From Ostrea edulis (lineage: Eukaryota), in NCBI RefSeq assembly GCF_947568905.1, contig NC_079165.1:5518001-5582000 (forward strand): DNA of 64,000 bases, given 5' to 3'. The notes beneath the pieces are model-generated. The model saw only the letters and a list, made by a program, of their open reading frames with translations. It was not told the origin of the DNA and did no database searches. Below, one piece after another: positions 1-11,430 of the stretch. The translations under genes and the position numbers were made by a program. Position 1 is the first letter of the stretch. Every line of letters begins with the position of its first letter.

Positions 1-1
1 T

Positions 2-142
2 CGTGTTGAAAGATCAATAGGTAGACTGAAAAACTTTGCCATTTTACAGGGTATCCTACCATTAAAAGTGAAGACTCAGTTTGACAATGTAGTTAAAGTT
101 TGGGGTATTCTTTGTAATCTAGACAAGCAACTTGTTAAATGA
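2..142 (+). mobile_element. C-terminus of a PIF/Harbinger-ISL2EU type DDE transposase (runs off the window start)
   Basis: Frame from nt 2 reads RVERSIGRLKNFAILQGILPLKVKTQFDNVVKVWGILCNLDKQLVK*. This matches the DDE_Tnp_4 C-terminal pattern (H/R)VERxIGRLKxFxILxxxLP...V..C..LCNL. Confidence 0.7.
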
Positions 143-487
143 GTTGATGAGTAATTCGTATACTACTCAAATATTTTAAAGTGATAACCTATTATAAACT
201 TGCTGCATTGATATTTCTTACAAAAATCTTAATGAATTCTTAACAATGTTATGTACATGTTTTGAGAAATTTTATGACAAAGTGAACTTATGAAAATAAT
301 AAACAAATACGTTATACATATAAGTTTACCATTTCTAGAGATTTATTGACAATCTAACCTATTTCTGATGAAACAAATCAACTTTGTAGAGATACAATTG
401 AAATAAATAACTAAAATCATAATAAATGTGGACTTCAATTCCACATTTAGACAACGTATTATCTATTAGCAATAATAAATAAATGAT

Positions 488-654
488 GATTAAACTGAAT
501 TCAACAACACTGTATTGTAGGAGTCCATAGCAATAAATTAGATTTGAAGCTCTAAAGTGAAACCTAGCGGAATTATTTATCGAATGATTCTTGACATGAG
601 AGCTAAATTCCATCCTGTAGAATAATTATTAGAGGTTTGTAGACAACGGTATGC
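488..654. repeat. 167-bp direct repeat, copy 1 (copy 2 at 1464-1630)
   Basis: gattaaactgaattcaacaac...tagacaacggtatgc occurs twice with only a few substitutions. It explains the twin MEFSSHVKNH ORFs. Confidence 0.9.
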
Positions 655-919
655 CGTTTATAAACATTGCACGGTGCACTGTATTTTGGAGCTAGGAAAC
701 CACAAGATTGGGATGATAATCCACGTAAGGTCACAATCTTAATCAGGGGTGTGACTTTGCGAGATCTTTATAACACATTGGTAGGTTTTTCTAATCATTA
801 CCCTCTCCCAGTCGCTGGTTTTAAACTAGTTCATAATCCGTTCATAGTCAAATTGAAGAGATAGTGTCGCGTGCTGAAATTGGTTGGTTCATAGAGGAAA
901 ATGCTATTTGTAATATATA

Positions 920-922
<3 letters not shown>

Positions 923-960
<38 letters not shown>
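923..960. repeat. (GT)n microsatellite
   Basis: Direct inspection. Confidence 0.95.
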
Positions 961-962
<2 letters not shown>

Positions 963-1371
963 GCACGAAAGTCCAACCACATCGTACCTTCTTAAAGTGT
1001 CGGATTTACAAAGATACAAACAAAATTATAAAAGCACTGAACAAGAACAATAACAATACATTGATATACTGAATTGTGTAGAATGGTTCAATTTTCTGTC
1101 GCTTACAACATAAACAACTATTTTTCTCAATCCAATATATCAGTGTATCATTCTCGTTAATGTACAATATTGATATTTATCGTTTTTTCGTAGTGGTTTA
1201 GTATGTGATATCTGTTTATGTAATATATGTCTCTCGATAAAAACACAAGTTGAGTCGAAAATTTGAGGTTTAAATAACTAAAAGTGTCGTGAACTTCAAT
1301 GGTTCTTGGTCACAGAGTTCCTAAAGATATTCTCAATATGTGGATATATACGATTACACGGCAATACTTAC

Positions 1372-1443
1372 AGATACTTCAAATTCACCAAATTGTCAAA
1401 TATTCCATCTGGTAACGTTTTAATTCGGTTATTCCACAAAGAT
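1372..1443 (-). CDS. 72-nt leucine-rich-repeat exon (phase 2-2) of a secreted/membrane LRR protein
   Basis: ttattcag|A TCT TTG TGG AAT...AAG TAT CT|gtaagt encodes SLWNNRIKTLPDGIFDNLVNLKY(L), a typical 24-aa LRR. Its phase matches the LRRNT exon at 5151-5323. Confidence 0.85.
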
Positions 1444-2284
1444 CTGAATAATAAAGATAACTTGATTAAACTGAATTCAACAACACTGTATTGTAGGAGT
1501 CCATAGCAATAAATTAGATTTGAAGCTCTAAAGTGAAACCTAGTGGAATGATTTATTGAATGATTCTTGACATGAGAGCTAAATTCCATCCTGTAGAATA
1601 ATTATTAGAGGTTTGTAGACAACGGTATGCGAATGAAGGTGAAATGATTTACTGGAATCATTTGATCTACATCTCAGATATTAGGTCATTGAATTTTGAT
1701 TACCATTTCCATTTTAGATTGTTTACTCTCCCATAGTTGTTAATTCACACAATGTCACCTACATCAACATATGACATTGTCCAATATATTACACAGTTGA
1801 GTAGAATTTAAATTCAATTTACTTGATGTCATTTAGTGAGATTCAATACTGTAAAATATATTTTGTGGAGTGTAGTAATAAAGAAATTATAACTGTTGAG
1901 TGAAAGAGAGATGAAATTGATTTCCTATCGCTTGCATGGAAATATGAAAGATGATAACATGTTTTGTTTCCTAATTTTACTCTCAATAAGTATATACCAT
2001 CCAGTTGATATACCAATAAGTAAACTTCATAGATACATACAAAGTCATTTGATCCGCCAAATGTTCAAAAGTTCAAACTGAATGATTTCAACATGATACT
2101 TAGTTACCGTTCAATAAATTCGCAAGATATTGAACGTTAACATTCTCTAGATTTTACGCAGATTTTATCATAGTCTATTTATTAGCTATATAATAATTAG
2201 ATATATTGACGTTTTATTTATCAAAAATAATCATTTTCATTATATGTTGATTCGATATATCGCACTAAACTCGAAATAAAAGAA

Positions 2285-2562
2285 CCCCTTGAGGATCTGG
2301 GTTAGAATAGGTCCTCAGTACCCATTGCGTGTCGTAAGAGGCAACTAAATGGGGCTGCCCGTCGGATGAGACCGCAAAAACCGAGCACCCGTATTACAGT
2401 AGCTACGGTACGATAAAGATCTCTCCCTGTTCAAAGGCAGTAAGCACTGAACATAGGCCTAAATTATGCAGCCCTTAACCGGCAATGGTGACGTCTCCAT
2501 ATGAGTGAGAGATTCTCGAAGAATTTTTAAGAGGGGCGTTAAAAATATACAGCTAATCAATC
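2285..2562 (+). mobile_element. SINE-like repeat with a non-tRNA structured head and a V/Meta-type body
   Basis: Head gaggatctgggttagaataggtcctcagtaccc...gtcgtaagaggcaactaaatgggg. Body cggatgagacc...gataaagatc...cataggcctaaa...ggtgacgtctccatatgagtga. Tail (aatc)n. Second copy at 6946-7197. Confidence 0.7.
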
Positions 2563-2568
2563 GTAAAA

Positions 2569-2846
2569 AAGAGACCACAGACTCTTCCACTTCTACTTCG
2601 TACTTAGATATCTTATTCAACATCGATGTTAACGGCAAATTAGCAACTGAACTTTATCACAAATAGGATGACTTCAACTTCTCAATCGTCAATTTCCAAT
2701 GCCAAGTAGCAATATTCCATTATCGTCTGCAGATGGTTTTAATGTCTTTCAACTGATAAGATACGAAAGAGAATGTTCTGCAATTTTTTTTTAATTGAGG
2801 CAAGCTACTGACAAACATGTTGATGTTACAGTACAAGGGATTCAAC
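2569..2846 (+). mobile_element. Penelope-like element RT fragment (degenerate)
   Basis: Degenerate TTDSSTSTSYLDILFNIDVNGKLATELY..DDFNFSIVNF, matching other copies in the window. Confidence 0.75.
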
Positions 2847-3190
2847 AGTGAGGGTTCTTTAGCGCTCCAACGTCTGCCGTGACACGGGACCTCCATTTCT
2901 AAGGTCATATCCAAAGGACCAGTCATTCTCACTTCTAAATGCCAAGCGTTTGGCGAAGGAGCAATCACTACTGATGTTAATGTCTTAGGTTTGACGCAGT
3001 AATGACACGAGCGGGGCTCGAACTCACGACCTCCCGGTACGAAGCGACCGCTCTTACACTGGGCTACCGCGACCGGTCGTAAGCGAATTGAGCATAGGTC
3101 TAGATGTGTGGGACATGTACTTCACCTACAACTGGTGACGTCTAAATATGAGTGAAAAATACTCGACAAGCCGTAAAAAAACAATCAACC
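2846..3190. mobile_element. tRNA-derived SINE with its 5' part (2846-3077) inverted relative to its 3' part (3078-3190)
   Basis: The minus strand gives a tRNA-like head (ggtagcccagtg...gagttcgagcc) running to gaaccctcactg. The plus strand then resumes with gcataggtctag...ggtgacgtc...atgagtgaaaaa and a tail. Confidence 0.7.
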
Positions 3191-4254
3191 TACCAGTGAA
3201 TGTTTTTAACGCACCAACACCTGCTGCAACACGGGACTTCTCAAAAGTCATCTTTCATATCAAGTTTGTTTTTGTTTGTTTAATTTGTGCCTCCCCTATT
3301 CACTCATATTGAGTTGTCACCAGTTGTGGGTAAAGTACCACAAAGTTAGACCTATGCTTATCGCCCATGGTCGTAGCAGTGAGAGCTATTTAACCTACCA
3401 ACGCCTGCTGAGATACGGGACCCCATTTTATGGTCTGATCGGAAATATTATGTAATTGTCACTTTCAAACGCTGAGAGCATACTTTGTAAGCTTGACGAT
3501 ACATTGGTTTCACATTAGTAAGAATAGAAATATTAAGGTCATTAGGGACCGGCCCCGATATTTCTTTAAAGCTGTTGCAAGAAAAATACCGAAGCTTGCG
3601 TATTATTTAGAATTAAATTCTGAGCAATTTTATTTGATAAAGCTTTACAAAATATCGCTTTAGAGCTGGATAGCATCAAAGTTTCATACATTATTCAACT
3701 AAATATCACAATTGATCATTTTGTTTACATCGGCAGTTGCAGAACACAAAAACAAACAATTTTGCTTCAATAATGCAAAGCAAAGCGTTATTAGTTTTTG
3801 TGATATTTAGAAATTACTTTGACCCCTCTCAGTTCATTTTTGAAGTGATTGGTCCCTAAAATTTGATGTCTTGACAAATTATTTGTACATGAAGATATTC
3901 AATAAAATGTAACAAAAATTCCATTGTAGATTTTGTGGCGCTTTTTCGAACCCTACTGAGCTCCAACGCTTTCATTTGAATGCAATTCGGTACATCTATG
4001 AACTCAACTCTACAGTCGCTGCAGATTTCAATTTGTTATCAAAAATGCTTTCCGAGAACATTCGGAAACAAACTCACACTCTAAATTTCAAAACAAAACA
4101 GGCAATAGCTAACGTAGTAAGTGAAAAAATAAGATTTGGTAAAAATGTCTTAACTTCAAGTAAAAATATCTATCATCCCTGAAAATTTCACGAAAATCGG
4201 TGGACAGATAGATATGCGAGAAATTCAAAAAAATGTGTCGAGGTGTCCGTGTTT

Positions 4255-4858
4255 CCCTGGGTGAATTCGATTAAGCGACACGAGTTACACGGTAACTAGA
4301 ATTGTAAATAAAATGTCTATTTATCGACGCTAGTGTTGTTATGCGAGTATACTCCCCATTTTACCAGGAGTAACGAGTGTTCCTAAATGGCGGCATGTGT
4401 TAGGGAGAACCGTGTGAAGATTAATTTTGCTTATATTTCGTATCAGAAATGTAAAGCATTGATAAAAACACGATACAAAATATAATGCTGACACATAAAA
4501 TTGAACTGGATATTACAAGGAAACTTTAAACAGCATTTGCGAATACACAGACTGGCAAAATGCTAAATTTACGAGGTATTATAAATAGAATACAACTATA
4601 ACGATCTTTTTATCTCTAGGTGTCTTTTACTAATTTAACAAAATTCAATTCTAAATGAGTATACGACAATTAGAAGATATAAAACAATTGGCTATGTTAA
4701 TGCAACAATGATTCTTTTATATTATATTTCTGCATCAGAGTTTGTATTTCTTGCGTTCCTCCAAACACTACACAACTCTAGGTGTTTATAGATAACTGAG
4801 CATGCCTAAATTCAACGCTAGTGTCGTAAGAGTTGCTTTAATCGAATTCAACCCCGGG
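4255..4858. mobile_element. Putative MITE with imperfect terminal inverted repeats
   Basis: gaattcgattaa (4263-4274) and ttaatcgaattc (4838-4849) are exact inverted copies, with imperfect extension on both sides. Confidence 0.5.
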
Positions 4859-5150
4859 TTTCACGTACCCGCATTTTTTTTCTTTATAGGATTAATGAGA
4901 TTAATCAATGTTCGCAATCTTCACTTTTCCATACACCTTTCTTCAGTTTCCTTACAATGCATGTGAACATGTAGAAAATGTAATTTTTAAATGTTAATTT
5001 AGATAAACATTAAAACAGATTATTGCTTCAGCGAAAAAAGAGTCGTGCAATCGATGTTGTACAACAGACGCTTATGGATGATGTATCCCCCTGCTCCACT
5101 TACTTGTATTAAATTATGATCTCGTCCGTGTAAGGTTTAGAATAACTTAC

Positions 5151-5323
5151 AGATAAGAAGCGTCTGTGGGAATGTTGGATGGTACTTCGGTCAATCCTTT
5201 ACCTTCACAGTATATATTAAGGCCAAAAACATTCCTGCATCTACACTTCTCAGGACAGGCGTCTGCCCCCTGACTGTAAAGCACAGCGAGCACGACAGAC
5301 ACCCAAATCACCAGCCACATCAT
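5151..5323 (-). CDS. First coding exon of an LRR protein: signal peptide + LRRNT cap
   Basis: MMWLVIWVSVVLAVLYSQGADACPEKCRCRNVFGLNIYCEGKGLTEVPSNIPTDASY(L)|gtaagt. It shows a hydrophobic leader, a CPxxCxC...C...LTEVPSNIP LRRNT motif and a phase-2 donor. Confidence 0.9.
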
Positions 5324-5994
5324 TACTATGTGAAGGAGAGTGCTGCTACTCTACATTAAATAAAAATATAGTTATTAAATATTTCTTCCTGGTAATTAAA
5401 TCATCCCTCTAACGACATGGCCTTGCGCCAGAATTCATGACGTAAATTTCGTCACCATACGCGCATTCATCCAATTTGTCTTTTTACACACACGATTTGT
5501 AGCCACTGTGTCGCAAAGAGTGTTAATTAGTTCCTTCTGTAAAACGCTAGCATTCATAAAGACCATTCCTTAGAATTATTTCTATTGTAAAGTTTTTTCT
5601 TCTATTATAACTTCTGAATGCGATTTCTAGGATATGCGTCAATCGATGTGCGTGACATGTTCAGGGCTGTTGGATGCTTACTTAAATTCAATTACTATCT
5701 TTTCTGATATTTATTACGTTGCTTATTACGTAAAGATATTGACTTAATCCGATTTTTAGAGGAACAGTTTGTCCCGAGTGTTCTCATAAACAATTAAGAT
5801 ATCAGCTTGCTGTTGTAGAGTTGAGGTCAATCTGTCATTATATGTTCACCCTCTCTGGTAGGTTTTTCCTTCTCAGTCATGGGATCAATAAAGAAAATAT
5901 CACTCCGATTACATGATCACGATATGCGGCTCACGGTGGCTGTGATTGGTCGATAGGTACTAGGTACTTGATCCCAACGCTGGTATATCCAGGG

Positions 5995-6300
5995 GAACGT
6001 GCTTGCCCAACTCTTAATTTTAGTATAAGCAATACCAAATAGAGAGTTGGGCAAACACGGACCACTGGATATACCATAGGTGGGATCAAATGCCGAGGAG
6101 GAGAAAGAATCCCATGTCGACCGGACACACCCGCCGTGAACCCTATATCTTGATCAGGTAAATGGACTTATATGTAGTCACAATCAGTGTGCCAAAACGG
6201 TCTATCAATCGTTATGAAACACCTCAGACAACATTTGACCCAGTGATAGGTTGTACTGGCAAACTAGATCGTTATAACGCAAAATGCTGACTTTAAACGA
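5995..6300 (-). mobile_element. Penelope-like element 3' fragment
   Basis: Matches the recurrent gagttgggcaaacacggacc...gtgggatc...cacacccgccgtga...tcgttataacg block. Confidence 0.8.
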
Positions 6301-6900
6301 GGCCGTTGCATATCAATTTAACACGGTAGTTTTAAACCAATTGTCAATAAAACCATGCGACAAAACTGACGTGAATTCACCAACGTCAAATCGTTTACGT
6401 TTTGAGCGACCTTCACCGTTTGATATGCATCATCATAAATACTGGGTGCTGATTGAGTTACACGGGAAATTAGATGATATACACATATCCTTTTTCGACG
6501 TTCTTCAATCTTTGTACAGTGTCAGTTTATCGTGTAACAGAAGAATGTTTCAAATATCAATAGAGATTACAAATATGACCAATATACAGATATCTCAACT
6601 AGGGAATAGTGCACACGATATTTCAGAGATATGCATTTCAATCAAATTATAGAAATTTGGGAACTAAAATTGTCGGGGATGGATCCAAGTGTCGAAGTGG
6701 AAGTCTGCAAAGAAATAAGGCTTTTAGTCTCAGGGTGAAATTCCGCAATGAAGTTGTGTTGAGATCGCGCTATCCATCTTTTGCTATAACACTGAAAATG
6801 TGCATTGTTGAAATCTATACATGTATGGCCATACTTTCAACAATAGGAACCGTGGTTTGATTGAGGCATTCGTCTCTGAATATATGCATTGGTGACGTTT
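6300..6900 (-). pseudogene. Decayed intronless LRR (TLR-like) coding sequence
   Basis: Minus frames, broken by stops and frameshifts, give RWIARSQHNFIAEFHPETKSLISLQT..LGSIPDNF, YNLIEMHISEI..LFPS and LRYLYIG. Confidence 0.4.
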
Positions 6901-6945
6901 GCATATACATACTTTTAGCAATACTTATAGATCCGCAGTTTAATT

Positions 6946-7197
6946 GGGATTTGGGTTAGAGTAGGTCCTCGGTATTCCTTGCTTGTCGTAAGGAATGGGG
7001 CGGTCCATCGTATGAGACCCTAAAAAACGAAGCCCCATTTTACAGCAGGTGTGGCGCGATAAAGATTCATCGCTGCTCAAAGTCCATAATAGCCAAACAT
7101 AGGCCTAAATTATGCAGCCCTTCACCGGCAATGACGACGTTTCCATATGACAGAAAACTTCTCGAGAGGGACGTTAAACAATATACAAGCAATCAAC
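6946..7197 (+). mobile_element. Second copy of the SINE-like repeat with structured head
   Basis: gggatttgggttagagtaggtcctcggtattccttgcttgtcgtaagg...gataaagat...cataggcctaaattatgcagcccttcaccggcaatg...gacgttaaacaatatac. Confidence 0.75.
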
Positions 7198-8418
7198 CTC
7201 AGATTAAGTAACCAGGTTATTGAAATCGATATCCCTTCCATTGAAATACTCAAAATAACGCTTTATCCTAGTCTGTAAAACAATTGTTATTGATCCTAAT
7301 TATAGTGTTTTGTTTTTATGATTTGACAGATACAAGGTCTTATGTTATACTGTCATTTAATTTCATTGAATTGTGTTTTATTGTTGCATTCTTCTTCTTA
7401 CCATTGTTAAGCGTTTTAGAGTAATTTGCTTTATATAAGGCGCTATATGAATGTTATCATTGTTATTATTATCATTATATAAAATCAAACATACTTCTTT
7501 CAAACGTGCCCTGTGTTCCTCCCTAGCTGTCATTTTGTCACCAAAAAATGAATTCAATGAAAGTTGCTCTATATTATATATTTCAATAATAACACCAGTA
7601 TTTAGTCATTTCAAAAACTTTTTAACCTCAAAGGAGGCACACGAAAGTGTAGTTTTCGTTACCAATTAATTATTGTCTCTTGTTTTTGCACACAATAACT
7701 GTTTTTATTAGTCATTAATATATATTCCAATGCCATTGAGATACTTTGAGAAGAAATAGTTGCCATCATTTTCACAGCTAATGCCCTTTAAAATATTTCA
7801 TTGATTTTAAACAAAAATTTCATTGACGGCCAATTCAACTAGAAAAGACATGTTTTATTGTTTTAAGAGCAAAATGTTAACCTTCTACCTATCATGTAAA
7901 TAAACTAATCTCCGAAATTGAAAACGTTTGGAAGTTGTTTTGGAAAATTGCATAATATGTTTGACTGATTATATTTAAAAGTTGACACGGACGGAATTGC
8001 AATACCAAATTTTGATTAATTAAAATAAGCTACAAGAGAACACTTAGCTTAAATGAAACGTTCATAAAAACCGACGGATATTAGCTCTTATAGAAGTGTA
8101 TCAAAATTTACAAAAAAATCAATTAACTCTACACAACATGTGTATTATTTTTTACTTCTACACTAGACTTCCTCAATTTTGGAAACCACATTTTTCTACT
8201 AAAATGCAAATGTACACTCGTTAAGATTTGTTTTCACTTATTCAATTTGAATTATACGTCATGCTAAGGAAATGTATTTCTATTTGTAACTAGTTACAAT
8301 TTATTTTTTTCAGATAAGAAATTTTCACATTACCCTTGAGAATTATATGCAACGAACTTCTGAATCATTAAATACACACTTTTGGTTAAACGTGATTTGT
8401 CACTAAAACCATATGTGC

Positions 8419-9096
8419 AAGGTGAAGATAACGAACAGTGATCAATCTCATAACTCCTACAAGCAATACAAAATAGATAGTTGGGCAAACACGGACCCCT
8501 GGACACACCAGAGGTGGGATCAGGTGCCTAGGAGGAGTAAGCATCCCCTGTTGACCGGTCACACCCGCCGTGAGCCCCATATCCTGATCAGGTAAACGGA
8601 GTTATCCGCAGTCAAATCAGTGTGCCAAGACAGCTTAACAATCGGTATGAAACACGTCAGACAGCATTTGACCCAATTCGAGGTTGTATTGACGAACTAG
8701 ATCGTTATAACGACCATAGAATTTGCGAAATGCTGACTTCAATCGAGACTGTTGAAATCCCTGTACCATCAACTTGTTTGTCAGTAGCTTACCTCGATTT
8801 AAAAACTGACTATACCCAGAACAAGCTCTTGCATATCGAATCAGTTGAGATATATAAACACCATATGCAGGTGATCATGGAATATTGCTACATAAATGTG
8901 GGAAGTTGACGATGGAGAAGCTGAAATCATCCCGTTTGTCATACAGTTGAGTTGTCAGTTTGCCGTTAATGTCTACTTTCAATAAAATATCTAAGTATGA
9001 AGCAGAAGTGGACGACTCTGTGGTGTCCTTTATTTCGAGCTCACAGGGATATATCAAATCGACATATGAATGAAAGCTATCATTGGTAATAGACAA
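8419..9096 (-). mobile_element. Penelope-like (Naiad-type) retroelement, RT C-terminal half + 3' end
   Basis: FHSYVDLIYPCELEIKDTTESSTSASYLDILLKVDINGKLTTQLYDKRDDFSFSIVNFPHLCSNIP...RKFYGRYNDL. The RT ends without a C-terminal GIY-YIG domain and is followed by the conserved 3' UTR. Confidence 0.85.
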
Positions 9097-9304
9097 AACG
9101 TCAAAAGGTCATCGATATTCCATGGGTGCGCTTTATCATATTATTTTGATAGGTATAATATGTGCTAATATACCTATAATGGATTCATAAACTTCACAAA
9201 AACCCTTATAAAGAAAGATACAGTGCTGGATACAAGATATTTTCTAATAAGCCCCCTCTTTGCTCCTCATGAAAATGTTAACAGTTATAAAGGAAATACT
9301 TCAA

Positions 9305-10262
9305 ACATATTGTTTCACAACATATGCCAGAAGTGGTTTAAATCAAAGTTGGATTCTAAAACATTCCAAAGAACTCTAAGTGAATCTGAAATTGCAAAAT
9401 TTTCTCAAATCAACAACATCAAAACGTATGACTTTTCAACACTTGACATGAACATTTCCAGTGATGAATTAAAGACTAGACTTTTTTTACATCCTACACA
9501 TTTCCTTCTTCAACAAAATGGGAAAAGAAAATATTCGTATCAGGTGATCGGTTATTCAAAGAATTAATTCGTTAAAGACTATACTGATTCCACACGCAAG
9601 TACTCCGAAGTTGATATAAAAATATACCTGACTTCCTGATTGATAATATCTTCATAATTATTAGTGATCAGGTCTTCCAACAGTCTGTTGGAATTTCCAT
9701 GGGCGTGCTCCTTCATTAGCTGACCTGTCTTATGGAGTTTATTCAAAAGCTTTTAAATGAAAAGAAAAATATCTTGCTGTGACCTTCAACCCGACATTTC
9801 GATATATCGATGTACAGGGGTTTCAGCAGTCTCGATTGAAGTCAGCATTTCGCAATTTATAACAACGATCTAGTTCGTCAGTACAACCTCGCATTGGGTC
9901 AAATGCTGTCTGACGTGTTTCATACCGATTGTTAAGCCGTTCTTGGCACACTGATTTTGTCTGCGGATAACTCCGTTTACCTGGTCAGGATATGGGCTCA
10001 CGGCGGGTGTGACCGGTCAACAGGGGATGCTTACTCCTCCTAGGCACCTGATCTCACCTCTGGTGTGTCCAGGGGTCCGTGTTTGCCCAACTATCTATTT
10101 TGTATTGCTTATAGGAATTATGACCTTGCATCTACGTCGTTCTATTTCCTAGGCACCTGATCCCACCTCTGGTATACCCAAGGGTCCGTGTTTGCCAAAC
10201 TCTTTATTTTATATTTCTTGTGAGAGTTGTGGGATTGGTCGCTGTTCGTTGTCTTTGCCTTT
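9305..10262 (+). mobile_element. Penelope-like element, degenerate RT + 3' end, head-to-head with 8419-9096
   Basis: SQINNIKTYDFSTL...NGKRKYSY...VGIxMG...RYIDV, followed by the 3' UTR and a further 3' fragment. Confidence 0.8.
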
Positions 10263-10519
10263 CTGTAAACAAAAATGCATTCATGTTTGTATTGATAATT
10301 TATAACAACATAAATATTCTCCTCCCCTCCTCCAAAACAGAAGATATGATGGATATTTTACTACTACGAATGAACACCGATTTCGAAAGTCGCAAGGATT
10401 GCAGGATTACAGGCCTGGAAACCTATACGTCACCCATTTTACCAACATTTTACCAACAGCTCGTGCCTCCACTCAAATGGTAATCAACGCTACTTGAGAG
10501 GCAAAATCTAGAAAATTAT

Positions 10520-11430
10520 TTTAAAAGTTGTATATGATTGCTTTTATTCTCAACGGCAAACAAACACCTCAACTTTATGACAAACTGGATGATTTCAACA
10601 TCTCCATTGTCAACTTTCTCTATCTTGGTAGCAATATCACATTATAACCTGTATATGGTGTGCATATCTCTCAACTGATTCAATATGGAAGTGTTTGTTC
10701 TGCCTATGATCAGTTTTGAAATCGAGAAAGGCCACTGACAAACATATTGATGTTACAATGTTTTCAACAGCCTCGTTTAAAGTAAGCATTTGCAAATTCT
10801 ATGGTCCTTATAATGAACTAGTTTGCCAATACAATATTTCACTGGGTCAAATGCTGTCTGAAATGTTGCATACCGATTGTTAGGACGCTCTTGGCAGATT
10901 GATTTCGACTACAGGTTAATCCAATGACGCTAGATATGGCAGGTCGACAGAGGATGCCACCTATATACCTGATCCCACCTCTGGTATGTCCAGGGGTCAG
11001 TGTATGCCAAACTCTTCATTTTGGATTGCTTATAGGAGTTATGAGATTGATCAATGTTCGTTATATTTACCTTTCATGTATTGACAATACATCACATATT
11101 CATTTACTTTGATGTTTACTTTAAAATGTAGGTAAGTGGGAGTTCTATACTTTCTCAAACAGAAAATGCAAGATTTGTTTATCAATATCTTTGTCTTTGC
11201 GTATAATGCTATCTGACGTGTTTCGTACAAATTGTTAGGCCGTTCATTGTATACTGATTTTGATTACAGATTACTATATTTATCTGATCAGGATATAGGG
11301 CTATCGACGTATGTGACCTGTCGACAGGGGATGCTTCCTCGTTTGATGCACCTGCTCTTAATCTGATATGTTCAAGGGTCCATTTTTGCCCGTTTCTTAA
11401 TTTTGTATTCTTTGTAGGACTTATGTGATT
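10520..11430 (+). mobile_element. Two tandem degenerate Penelope-like 3' fragments
   Basis: Degenerate LYDKLDDFNISIVNF...NRERPLTNILM...; the 3' UTR block is repeated at 11205-11430. Confidence 0.75.

Noticed and set aside
6284-6860. Plus-strand ORFs of 122 and 83 aa as genes
   Set aside because: They show no recognisable motifs and are antisense to decayed LRR-like sequence. The first begins in a PLE fragment.
8386-8595. Recurrent ORFs of the type MGLTAGVTGQQGMLTPPRHLIPPLVCPGVRVCPT and their antisense versions as a gene family
   Set aside because: They are translations of the PLE 3' untranslated region, downstream of the RT stop. Start and frame vary between copies.
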